Position numbers and translations under genes: made by a program. Below, one piece after another: positions 52,731 to 64,000 of a DNA stretch of 64,000 nt. The DNA comes from Octopus vulgaris. Taxonomy: Eukaryota. The notes beneath the pieces are model-generated. The model saw only the letters and a list, made by a program, of their open reading frames with translations. It searched no databases and was not told where the DNA came from. The DNA is taken from the NCBI GenBank assembly GCA_951406725.2, contig OX597840.1, positions 36,270,001 to 36,334,000 of the forward strand, read 5' to 3'. Every line of letters begins with the position of its first letter. Positions within the stretch are counted from its first letter, which is position 1.

Positions 52731-53178
52731 AGACTTTGTTAAAGATGTTAATTTTATTACATAAATTGACTTTGAAACAATGGTTTGCCCCATATACTAC
52801 AGAGACATAGCTTTCTTTAATGAAGTGCTGCCATCAGAGAATGAGTTACCCCAAATGTCACAGTGACTTGGATGCATTTGTGAGCAGTTAGGATGATTAT
52901 GTACTCATTCCAGTGAGTAAAGTAGAGAAATTTTGCTAGTAATCTTATTTAGAGCAAATATTTCACTATAATTCCTCACAGATTTACATAAGTGTCTGTT
53001 CAGTATAACATATACTTTTGATAATCAATAATGACAATGTGTCTGAAGTTTGTTACCATACTATTTTATTATCTGTGTATATAATGTATGTTTACATATT
53101 AGTTTCATAGAATGAGTTGTGACATCAATACAATATGTACAGTTAATTGAGAGGGTATTACAAAAACCATCAATAATA

Positions 53179-54786
53179 TTACTTCTCTCCTGTATGAACG
53201 GATTTGTGTTTAGTTAAGTCCTTGATCTCAGAGAATGTCTTATCACAGGTATCACACTCATATGGCTTCTCTCCAGTATGAATAGACATATGTTTCTTTA
53301 AGTTATTTGTTGTAAGAAATGATTTACCACAGATATAACAGCGATGTGGTTTCTCTCCTCTGTGAATTCGTTTGTGTTGTTTTAAGGTACTTCCGAGAGA
53401 GAATGATTTACCACAGATGTCGCACTGATAGGGTTTGTGTCTAGTATGAATGCGTCCATGATTAGTTAAAGTAGACTTTATAGAAAATGATTTGCCACAG
53501 ATATCACACTGATATGGTTTCTCTCCCGTATGAATAGATGTGTGTTCAGTTAAGCTTTCTTTTTCACAGAATGTGTCACCACAAATCTCACAGCGATATG
53601 GTTTTGTTGTTTCGTGAATCTGCTTGTGCCTACTTAAGTTACTTTTATCAGAGAATGTTTTATCACAGACATTACAGTGAAATGGTTTTTCTCCAGTATG
53701 GGTCCGTACATGGTTAATAAGAATAAATTTTTGTGAGAATGATTTATCACAAAAATCACATTTATATGGTTTTTCTCCTGTATGGCTTTTTATATGCCTA
53801 GTTAAGTAAATAAGCTGAGGAAAAGATTTCCCACAGGTCACACAATGATATGGTTTCTCTCCTGTATGAACGTGTTTGTGCTGTTGTAAGACGCTTTTCA
53901 CAGAAAATGATTTACCACAAATCTCACAGTGATATGGTTTCTCTCCTGTATGAATACGTTTGTGATTAGTTAAGCTACCTTTTACAGTAAATGAATTCCC
54001 ACAGATATCACAGGTATAGGGTTTCTCTCCTCTATGACGGCGTTTGTGATTGGCTAAGTAAGTGCTTACAGAGAATGATTTACCACAGATATCGCAGTGA
54101 TACGCTTTCTCTTCTCCATGAATCTCTTTGTGATTACGTAAGCTACTTTTATCAGAGAATGATTTTCCACAGACATCACAGTGATGTGGTTTTTCTCCAG
54201 TATGGGTCCGTACATGTTTAGCTAAAATATATGCTTGAGAGAATGATTTATCACAGAAATCACATTTAAATGGTTTTTCTCCTGTATGACTTTTTATGTG
54301 TCTAGTTAAGTGAATAATTTGAGGGAAGGATTTACCACAGATAACACAGCAATATGGTTTCTCCCCTGTATGAATGCGTTTGTGTTTAGTTAAGGTACTT
54401 CCATCGGAGAATGAATTACCACAGATATCACAATGATGTGGTTTCTCACCTGTGTGAACATAGTTGTGTCTAACTAAATGATGTTTATAAGAAAACGATT
54501 TACCACAGATTTCACAGCTATGTGGCTTTTCTCCAGTATGAATATATTTGTGTGAAGCCAAACTGTCTGCACGAGAAAACGACATCCCACACATATCACA
54601 GTGATATGGTTTCTCTCCGGTATGAATGCGTTGATGTGTAGTTAAGGTGTTCTTATCAAAGAAGGATTTACCACAAACATCACAATGACAGGGACTCACA
54701 CATTTGTGAGTGGTGAGTGTCACGGCCTTAGAAAATGACTTTTTACACACATCACACTTGTAAAGCTTTTTTTTCTCTTTTGCCAT
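53179..54786 (-). CDS. C2H2 zinc-finger array protein B (18 fingers plus a degenerate N-terminal finger)
   Basis: 535-aa intact ORF with TGEKP linkers. Upstream acceptor tttcag; exon starts at 54972. Confidence 0.93.
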   Translation of the reverse strand: MAKEKKKLYKCDVCKKSFSKAVTLTTHKCVSPCHCDVCGKSFFDKNTLTTHQRIHTGEKPYHCDMCGMSFSRADSLASHKYIHTGEKPHSCEICGKSFSYKHHLVRHNYVHTGEKPHHCDICGNSFSDGSTLTKHKRIHTGEKPYCCVICGKSFPQIIHLTRHIKSHTGEKPFKCDFCDKSFSQAYILAKHVRTHTGEKPHHCDVCGKSFSDKSSLRNHKEIHGEEKAYHCDICGKSFSVSTYLANHKRRHRGEKPYTCDICGNSFTVKGSLTNHKRIHTGEKPYHCEICGKSFSVKSVLQQHKHVHTGEKPYHCVTCGKSFPQLIYLTRHIKSHTGEKPYKCDFCDKSFSQKFILINHVRTHTGEKPFHCNVCDKTFSDKSNLSRHKQIHETTKPYRCEICGDTFCEKESLTEHTSIHTGEKPYQCDICGKSFSIKSTLTNHGRIHTRHKPYQCDICGKSFSLGSTLKQHKRIHRGEKPHRCYICGKSFLTTNNLKKHMSIHTGEKPYECDTCDKTFSEIKDLTKHKSVHTGEK

Positions 54787-55049
54787 GTCTCTCAGAACAG
54801 AGTGACTCCTTAAAATTTCTTGAAATTTTCTTCTTCCAAAAATTCACCAGAGGTTTACACAAACAAGGTCATATCTTCTGTGAAACATCCTCTTTCTTAA
54901 GCCTTTAGAAGATAATAATGATGATTTAAGCCTGAAGTTAAGAATTCATTTCTGCCAAGGTCGTCAAATGCTCTGAAACAGAATAAGAGACAGAAGATAA
55001 CAAAAATATGGTTAACATTAAACTGTGGATATTCTCTAACTTTCTACAT

Positions 55050-55296
55050 TAGTTTCAAATATTGGCACAAGGCCAGCAATTTCAGGGGAGGGTGTAAGTT
55101 GATTATATTGATCCCAGTGTTCAACTGGCCCTCATGCTAGTGGCACGTAAAAAGCACCCACTACACTCTTGTAAGAGCATCCAGCTTGCCAGATCAGACT
55201 GGAGCCTGGTGTAGCCTCCTGGCATGCCAGTCCTCAGTCAAACCGTCCAACCCATGCCAGCATGGAAAGCAGACGTTAAACAGTGATAATGATGAT
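55050..55296 (+). mobile_element. SINE remnant joined to an RTE 3' end
   Basis: tttcaaa..ttggcacaaggccagcaat SINE piece, followed from about 55128 by ggcacgtaaaaagcaccc...catggaaagcagacgttaaac. Confidence 0.7.
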
Positions 55297-56944
55297 ATAT
55301 AATATATTGCTATACCATAGAAAGTTTCGGTAAACTTCGTCACTCTCTCTCTCTCTCTTTGTTTCTTTCTCTACAATTTCGGAAAATTGCAAAGGGAAAC
55401 TGTTAGTGTTTCAAATCTATTCTGCAACCTGGGATTATTATATCTTATATTATATCCAGTGATTCTATCAAAAGATAATTTTGTTTTAATATACTTGTTT
55501 TATACACAAACTGTTTTTTTTTAGATTATCTTTCTTTATCTCTCCACTGACTTCAGTACCACTCTAACTTCTATAAAGCATAACTACAGATTTCTGTAGC
55601 CCCTGACTTTGGAAATATGGAAATTTTCTACGAATGTGTAATATCATGTAGATTCCGAATATACAAAATTTTGGGAGGAGGTGGGGGATTTCGAAAAATT
55701 CACCGGAGTCCACTTCAATTTGCCTTAACTTTCAAGATAATGGATATTTTTTAATGATATTCTCTACAAATATACCTCGGACTATGTAGATTCCGAGGAG
55801 ATAGGAATTTGGGGTGAAAGCAATCGGGGGTTATTTTTGAGAACAGTTCATTGCACGATTGTTGCTTCAGTAGAAATCTACGGATGGACAAAAATTTCCA
55901 ATGATTTCGGGATGGGGGGGGGGTCTAGTTTCCAACACACCCTTTTTTTTTCCTAACAAAAATAAGGGGTTTGCAGCATATTAGGAGGTCAGGGAATTTG
56001 ATTCCACGCAAAAAATCAGATTTTTTTTTCTTGGTGAGAATCGTACGGATGAAAGGAATCAAATAATAACGATTGTTCTTACACTTATATAAAGAACTTT
56101 GTACGAAGTGATCCACGGCTGATTGAAGGGAAGTTCTGGCGGTGAGGGGCAACTCCTTCGTCGAGTCCTTTAATGCATTGCATAAAAACATTATTTATCC
56201 ATTCCTTTATTTATATTTTTTAAAAATCAAGTCTGTAAACACAATACAACGAAAGTTATAACAATTCTAAAACAGTAGGTCCGTTGTTCCCTGAAAAATA
56301 ATGCAGCTTCAGGAAAAACTATTGTAGGGGCGAATCAGTGTTGTAAAGGTTCGCATCTTACCCCAGGGGCTGCATCCTGATCATGACCCCACAACTGATC
56401 TTCTGCTCTTTTTAGCCAATTGGATATCGGACACAATTTGTGCATTTAAACCCCCTTCAGAAATTTTTAGTCAAAAGAAATCGACTTTTTATCTCCTTTA
56501 AGTCGGGGAGGGGCGGTCTTTTAGGCCGAACCGCTAAGTTACGAGGACGTAAACACCGGTTTCAAGCAGAGACAGTAAGACACACACACACACACGTATA
56601 TGGTACTCACCTATATATTGTCTGTATTTTGTTGGGGAGTTTTTATATGCTTTCGGAAGAGATTGCAGATAAAAAATAAAACCCGAAGCTCTGAAAGAAA
56701 TAAGGCTTACAGACGTGTAAGTCTGCCAGTCTCACTTATTCCAGCCATAAAACAACATAAAACCCCTGAATATGAGGGGTCAGATGGGGTGCTTGAACCA
56801 GAATCCCGCCAACCGCAGTCATTACGTATCAAAACAAAGACTGGAATACGAGATAACATTTTAATTTAATGGTGCATATTACAGTCTTTGTTTTAATAAA
56901 GTAAATATATATTAAGAAACTGTAGATAAATACGATTACTTTAC

Positions 56945-57070
56945 CATGAATATAAGCTTCATACGAAGCAGACTCTTCCTCCGATGAACCCGATTATAAT
57001 GACTTATTTCTTTGGTCGATCTCGGTGAAATGATACCATAAAGGAAGTATTTATTTACGCATGCGTATGG
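56945..57070 (-). promoter_or_regulatory. Putative promoter and short first exon of ZNF gene B
   Basis: Donor ATG|GTAAAG at 56945/56944; palindrome TACGCATGCGTA at 57056-57067; same spacing as the gene A copy. Confidence 0.65.
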
Positions 57071-57599
57071 CGAACTAAACGGTTATACAAATGTAATTAT
57101 GAACACATAGACGTATAACTACACTTTAGTGCTCCATCAATGTATTTCCTTGCAGCCAGTTAGCAAAGTTGTCAGTATGCTGATCGAAATGTTTAACGGC
57201 CTTTCCTGCATCTTTACGTTCTGAGTTCATATTCCGCTGAGGTTGACTCGGCCTCTTCTCTTTTCAGGGTCGATGTAATCTGCTAGTTCCCTTCCCTAAG
57301 TTTCTTTAGTAGAAAGTTTTACTTTTGACCGACAGATTTAAAAAATAATCTTTTGTAACTAAACCCTTTTTTAAAACTGTCGGTCAAAAGGTAAAGATCC
57401 AACATAAGATCTGGGTTTAGCTGCTATTTCTAAAATATTCAAGTGCTGGCGTAGTTTTTTGGTAAGTTTGCTTTCCAACCACATGTGCTTCGATTCAGTT
57501 CCCACCGTGTAACACCTTGGGCAGCTGTCTTCTATAAATGCATCACAGGACCAAACCATCGTAGTCTTTTCTCTTGCATTCTACACCTGGTTACTCTTA

Positions 57600-58880
57600 T
57601 GCCTAATTTTTCGATAATTATCTTCACACTTTGTCATTAATGCACACTTGCAGTGGTTAAGGTGTCTATCAGAATGTGCTGAGGTAAACAGATGCGATAG
57701 GCATGTGGATGCCTTCCAAGTAAATAATGAAATGACATCGATTTATAGTTTAAATAATTTATTTACGGGACTTGCACTTGCTGTTGGTATATACAATTTT
57801 CCACTACATCAATTTGTTGCTAACTGCTTCGAGCTGGAGAAGAATTTCGACATATCTGTGGATATGATGTAGAACTGAATATGTTTTGTGTCTGTGTGTG
57901 TTGTTCATCGGAGAAAATACTGGTCGGCTGGGTCCCAGGTTTTTTCTACCTGTCCCTTTGCTGACCACGGTATTTATAACAGCCGTGGCAGCTAGAAAGA
58001 CGGACATACTGCAGGAGAGATTGCGTCTAAATAGGTCAGCTCCTGTCCATTTGAAATTCGCCTGACATGGCTGAGGTCGTAGGTCAAAGGGAGACGATTT
58101 TTCATTTTTTGACATGACAAAGAAAATTCTTTCGCGCCTGTTTGGTCAGTGGTGGCTCAGACGAGCGAGAATTCTTACATTTGGTTTCGAATCTAGGCTT
58201 GGAGAAAGGAAGTGTTAGTTTTTACACACTGATGTTGCACATCCATCAGAGCTTGACCCTGCTTGAGATTTGAAATCAAATCCACCGACTTGTTGCTTGT
58301 CAAAACGAGTGGGAAATCTACACTAGATGATTGATGAGGAAACACTCCACCCCTTAGGACCTGTGCTGGTCCTTTAAGGTTTGATCTACATTACTGACCA
58401 TAGTCTATATAACAGAATGTTGTCTCTTCCTCTTATGTGTCAACCAGACCAAGGCGCAACAACCGCTTTTGCATCAGCCTTTACCAAGAGCAGCACTTGC
58501 CTTCTCTTGACATGCGAAGAGAGGCTTTCGACCGTAAGAAAAGCGATACCGCATTTTTCTTTTATTCCTTTCTAGTCAGCACCATGACTACCTTACTCTT
58601 TCTCTCTCTACTGACAGACAACCTTTTTCTACATATCAACACCTGAGTCATCCTTATCACTAGAATTGCTACTGTCTCTGTAACAACCTGTCGGGTAAAC
58701 GAATAAATATATGTAAATAACATTACTTCCTTCTTGGTGTTTATTCTTCAATGTACTCTGGTTACTCCGACGGGAGAACCTTGAAGCGTTACATCTATAC
58801 GCTACATTTAGTGGGCTACAACGTATCAGATATGGCACACCGCATCCAGCCTGCTACATTTGGTGACCCTGTCAAACAAT
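57600..58880 (+). mobile_element. Highly decayed Ty3/gypsy LTR retrotransposon remnant
   Basis: NLGL......F..TDVAHP near 58190-58250 resembles gypsy protease C-terminus; PBS-like TGGTGACCC at 58861; frames are broken. Confidence 0.42.
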
Positions 58881-59254
58881 CACAACCTTCACATCGCCCG
58901 GCAATGAATTAGAACTGGAAAATTCCTGCTATTAATTGGCACATAATATCTCTCCCGGAACACATCCGTGGTCGACATGGCATTCCAGGCGGCGATTACG
59001 TTGAGGATTCCCCCATTTTGGATGCACGACCCCTCTGCAATCAGAGCCCATATCTCACTACTATAGAGGATAGTCAAGCATCATACAATCTTGCTTTCAC
59101 TCTGGGAGATAAGCCTTTTGTTTCCAGCAGAAGTAGCATTACATGTATAATTACGAACACATAGACGTATAACTACACTTTAGTGCTCCATCAACTTATT
59201 TCCTTGCAGCCAGTTGACAAAGTTGTTAGCATGCTGATCAAAATGTCCAACCAA

Positions 59255-59530
59255 CACCTAACCAGATTTGATGAAGAATTATATAGTATAGTCAAGAAAG
59301 TGAAGTTCAGGAAGTACCATAGAAGGTGTAATATATATCAACAGAAAATTACTTGTTGACTTCAAGAAAGCTCCAGGGGTACTTGTTCCAGCGGACAAAA
59401 CAAGTAACATTTATATTGTTGATATTGAACTGTATAAGTCTATGATTAGGAAGGAATTACGCAGCAGATGTAGACATGCTAGTAAAGATTTATTAAAAAG
59501 AATTAACAATACAGGGCTACAAATCATCAG
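59255..59530 (+). mobile_element. Penelope-like RT N-terminal fragment
   Basis: FDEELYSIVKKVKFRK and LVPADKTSNIYIVD...Y motifs. Confidence 0.65.
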
Positions 59531-60291
59531 AGATCTGGCTCCTGGCAAACCGTCCAATCCTTGCCTGCATGGAAGGCAGACATTAAATGATGATCATCAA
59601 CATGATATTATATGTATTATGTTATGAAAAACTGCTTTCTTTTGTAGTTAATATATTTATTTAAAAAACAAGTGATTTCTGAGAATACATTTCTCACCAA
59701 TTCATTAACAATGTCACATGTATTTTGTGCCTTTTGTTGAAATATATTAGAATAAGTATGTCGGTATTATAAAAGAATGTTTTATTTTTATCAAAAAATA
59801 TTAGCGATAAATTAACTGTTCCAGATAAATGGATAGAAAATGTAGTTCTTGAAGGTTCTTATCACCATTATAGATTTTTTTTTTCCACCAGTGACAATAT
59901 ATTTAAATTTATATTAGATAAGTGTCAGAGAATGAGTTGTGATACTGGTTTCAAGTTTTGGCACAAGGCCAGGTATTTCAGGAGGGGTGTTAAGTTGATT
60001 ATATCGACCCCGGTGTTCAAATGGTACTTATTTTACTGATGAAAGGCAAAAGTGACCTCAGTGGAATTTTAACTCATAATATAAAGAATTAATGGTTATT
60101 TTCATCATCATTGTAATTTAATGTCCATCTTTCATGTTGGGTTGGAGAGTTTGTCTGGAGTTGGCGAGCCAGAGGACTGTAACAAGTGCCATTGTCTGTC
60201 TTGGAATGATTTTTACTGCTGAATACCTTTCCTAACAGCACACAGGAGATAAGCCATGCATGGACAGTTAATTGACAAAGATTTATTAAAC

Positions 60292-61227
60292 TTAGTTCTT
60301 TCTCATATGAATGCATTTGTGTCTAGTTAAGTGAATAATTTGAGAGAATGATTTACCACAGATATCACATCGATATGGTTTCTCCCCTGTATGAATACGT
60401 TTGTGTTGTTTTAAGTTACTTTCTACAGAGCATGATTTATCACAGATATCACAATGAAATGGTTTCTCACCTGTGTGAACACGTATGTGACTAGTTAAAT
60501 TACCCTTTACAGAAAATGATTTACCACAGATATCACATCTATATGGCTTCTCTCCTGTATGACTGCGTAAGTGATTGGTTAAGCAACTACTTACAAAGAA
60601 AGATTTACCACAAATATCACAGCGATATGGTTTCTCTCCCACATGAATCTGTTTGTGATTACGTAAGACACATTTATCAGAGAATGATTTACCACAGATA
60701 TCACAATGATATGGCTTTTCTCCAGTATGGGTCCGTATATGTTTAGCTAAAATATATGTTTGAGAGAATGATTTATCACAGAAATCACATTGATATGGTT
60801 TTTCTCCTGTATGGCTTTTTATGTGTCTTGTTAAGTGAATAATCTGAGAAAATGATATGCCACAGTTTTCACAGCGATATGGTTTCTCTCCTGTATGAAT
60901 GCGTTTGTGTTTAGTTAAAGTACTCCCATCGGAGAATGAGTTACCACAGATATTACAGTGATATGGCTTCTCTCCTGTATGAACATAGTTGTGTCTAACT
61001 AAATGATGTTTATGAGAAAATGATTTACCACAAATTCCACAGCTATGTGGCTTTTCTCTTGTATGAGTAAATCGGTGTGAATTTAAACTATCTGCACGAG
61101 TAAATGATTTACCACAGACATCACAGTGGTGGGAATTAATGCATTTGTGAGTGGTGAGTGTAACGGCCTTACAAAATGACCTTTTACACATATCACAGTT
61201 GTAGGATTTTTCTAACACTTTTGGCAT
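60292..61227 (-). CDS. C2H2 zinc-finger array protein C (10 fingers plus a degenerate N-terminal finger)
   Basis: 311-aa intact ORF whose first 33 aa are identical to protein A. Upstream acceptor tttcag; exon starts at 61444. Confidence 0.92.
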   Translation of the reverse strand: MPKVLEKSYNCDMCKRSFCKAVTLTTHKCINSHHCDVCGKSFTRADSLNSHRFTHTREKPHSCGICGKSFSHKHHLVRHNYVHTGEKPYHCNICGNSFSDGSTLTKHKRIHTGEKPYRCENCGISFSQIIHLTRHIKSHTGEKPYQCDFCDKSFSQTYILAKHIRTHTGEKPYHCDICGKSFSDKCVLRNHKQIHVGEKPYRCDICGKSFFVSSCLTNHLRSHTGEKPYRCDICGKSFSVKGNLTSHIRVHTGEKPFHCDICDKSCSVESNLKQHKRIHTGEKPYRCDICGKSFSQIIHLTRHKCIHMRKN

Positions 61228-61738
61228 GCCTTTAGGAAAAGAATGACTCCTTCAAATTTCTTTAAGTCTCTCACATAAATATTATTTTTTTTTATAAATT
61301 ATCTTCTTCCACCAGATTAATCACAGTTCACAAAAATTCACCATAGATTCATGCAAACAGGGTTATATCTGTTCTGTATAACATCTTCCCTCTTAGTCTT
61401 TAGAAGATAATAACAATTCTGTTCTGTCAATCTCATCCGATGTTCTGAAATAAAGAAAAAACAAAATAAGAGACAGCAAACACTAAAAAAAGTCATGATT
61501 CAACTGTGGAAATTTTACATTTTTATAATGTGGTAAATTGTAAATCATTAGAGAGGCTGTTCCAGGGTTCACTGGCCAACATTCCCCAGTTCCCTCTCTA
61601 TGTTGTGCGGCATACATGCAATCAGCCAGGCTCATTTGCAGTCCATTCTTTGATGCTATCAGTCCACAAACGTCTTTGATAACTCTCTTGTTCATGTATG
61701 TATGTATGTATGTATGCATATATATATATATATGAACG

Positions 61739-61801
<63 letters not shown>

Positions 61802-61807
61802 TATATG

Positions 61808-61964
<157 letters not shown>

Positions 61965-62890
61965 CAAAACTGTCCAACGAACGGGAACGTGAAACTCAGA
62001 GTAACAGGTTTTGTTGAATTTCTGCTACTTTTAAATAAAGTATATATATATATATATTATATATATATACAAATTGAGATAGGGGTTGTAAATGCAACCC
62101 TCTATGGGATAACGTATATCCAATATACTGCTAGTGAAGTACCCAACAAAGTTAATACATAAATGTTAATGATTGCGATGCAATCAATTCATTTACTGTA
62201 TTATATGGGCGAAGGTAATGTATGTATATATATGAAACGCAGAGTAGATGAAACCATGGCGACTGAAGAAGGGGAATTTTCCTTTGTGTTATTTGTCCTG
62301 TACTCTATCTTTTCGTTGTTTAAGAAAAATGTCCAGTTCCTTGGTTTTATATTTATGTTTTCGTTTCTCATTTTGTTCGACGTTTTTTTGGTGTCCTGTA
62401 CCCATATATGCATGTATATATACTTGTAGAGGTAGGTTTGTACATATATGTATGTATATATGCATGTTTTATTTATTAATTTTATATATATATATATATA
62501 CGCTTATGAATTTGTGTTGCATGATTCCTGATGTGAAGTTTTGCGTTGAAACAGATATTGTTGTATTTCGGGATCGTCATTTTTCTTCACTCATTTATAA
62601 CTGTTCTTATTCTAACTCATGTCCATTGCCCATAAATCTTTCATCACCAGTCTGTGACCTCCTCAGCGACACTTTCTGTCTTCGTGTGTGCTCTTACTCT
62701 GCCTATTCCATTCACAAAGACAGAGTGTAGCCGTGGTGGTCACAGGTGTGTGATACAAAATTTGCAGACAAAATAGACATTCATCAGAATAAGAACAGTA
62801 ATAAACGAGGGAAGAACGAATATATAGAAGATGTTTATCTGAGATAAAACAAATGACCATCCCAAAATACAACACACAAACATATATATA

Positions 62891-63563
62891 TAGGGTCATC
62901 CCATAAATAATGCAGTTTTTTCAATTGCCTGAACTAAAAGTCGGAGGTAGATATGATTAACAATCTGCATCAACTTGCTTTAAAACCCGGTAGTAATTTT
63001 AATTTTTCCTTATTCATAGTGCAAGTTTTAAAGAGTGCAGTTCGATTTCAAGTTAATTTTTCTCAGTGAGAAAGGTGCATATTCGGCATACTTTGCTTTA
63101 TAAGTTCAATAAAGGCAACAACGGAAATTGCGAGGAATATTAAAGCAGTATATGAGGATCGGTCAGTAAACGTAAGCGAGAACCAGAAATTCCGAGCCTG
63201 AAACTACAGCCAAGAAGACAACCCTTGTCCTAAAAGATCTGCAGAGCTCGACAAGGACGTCCTGCAAACCCTGGTGGAACGAAATCCCATCGTAACTGTT
63301 GAAGAACTTGTAGAGAGGCTTGGATTTGGTCATTCAACTATTCATTGACACCTGCGTGCCATTGGAAAAGTTAGCAAATTGGGTCAATGGGTTCCTCACA
63401 AACTTTCCGACTGAATGTTTGCTCTTCTTTGCTGTCGCGTCTCACAAAGGAACCTTTTGGGGGACCAAACGGAGACTGGCGACGAGAAATGGGTTCTCTA
63501 AACGAAAGAATACCGAACTTTGTTTATAAAATAACCCCGCATTATTTATGGGATGACCCTTTA
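62891..63563 (+). mobile_element. Internally deleted mariner transposon
   Basis: TIRs AGGGTCATCCCATAAATAATGC / GCATTATTTATGGGATGACCCT in TA context; RH.LLY.F and KLGQWVPH remnants. Confidence 0.88.
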
Positions 63564-64000
63564 TATATATATACACACAGACACACGACGGGCTTCTCCT
63601 GTTTCCAGGTACCAAATCCACTCAAAAGGCTTTAGTCGGCTCCAGATTATAGAAGACACCTGTCCAGGGTGTCACGCAGTGGGAGCACTCGTCAGGTACG
63701 GAAATCAACAGACATCGCTTAATGTGTTCAACGTTTTATGAATCTGGGGCAGAAGTCATTTTCACTCATTGAAAAACATAAAATAAGATTTTGACGGAGA
63801 TCAGAATCGTGAAGGGTCCAACTGGAGACGACGAAAATGCTGGGTTTTCAGGGATTTCAACAATATATATTTAAAACAATTTGCCTCGTCTTTTTTAGGG
63901 GCGTAGTGCAAAAAAAGAAATTGAAAAAGTTCGTCCCGGATGCCCCACGGTGGGATTAAAGAAAGTTATAAATTTTCAAGCGATTCTGAGAGAAAAAAGA

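Overview
AT-rich, repeat-dense eukaryotic DNA; the SINE/LINE families, heavy (TA)n load and tandem C2H2 genes strongly suggest an octopus (coleoid cephalopod) genome. The left part (about 3.7-25 kb, minus strand) holds a spliced gene homologous to glutamate-cysteine ligase catalytic subunit (GCLC/Gsh1). I reconstructed 10 coding exons by hand, and the 3' exons lie beyond position 1. The protein keeps the metal/ATP-binding residues, but most residues of the glutamate and cysteine pockets are replaced. It also has a GC-AG first coding intron and an apparent +1 frameshift in an A6 run. The right part (43-61 kb, minus strand) holds three paralogous C2H2 zinc-finger array genes with 15, 18 and 10 fingers. 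Two of them share a duplicated first exon and promoter with an NRF1-like palindrome. The remainder is transposon debris: RTE, CR1, L1/Tx1, R4-like, Penelope, Ty3/gypsy, Tc1/mariner/maT, a hAT MITE and tRNA-derived SINEs. Several minimal hammerhead-ribozyme motifs occur, one coupled to a tRNA-like Pol III head. All calls come from manual reading; no database searches were run.
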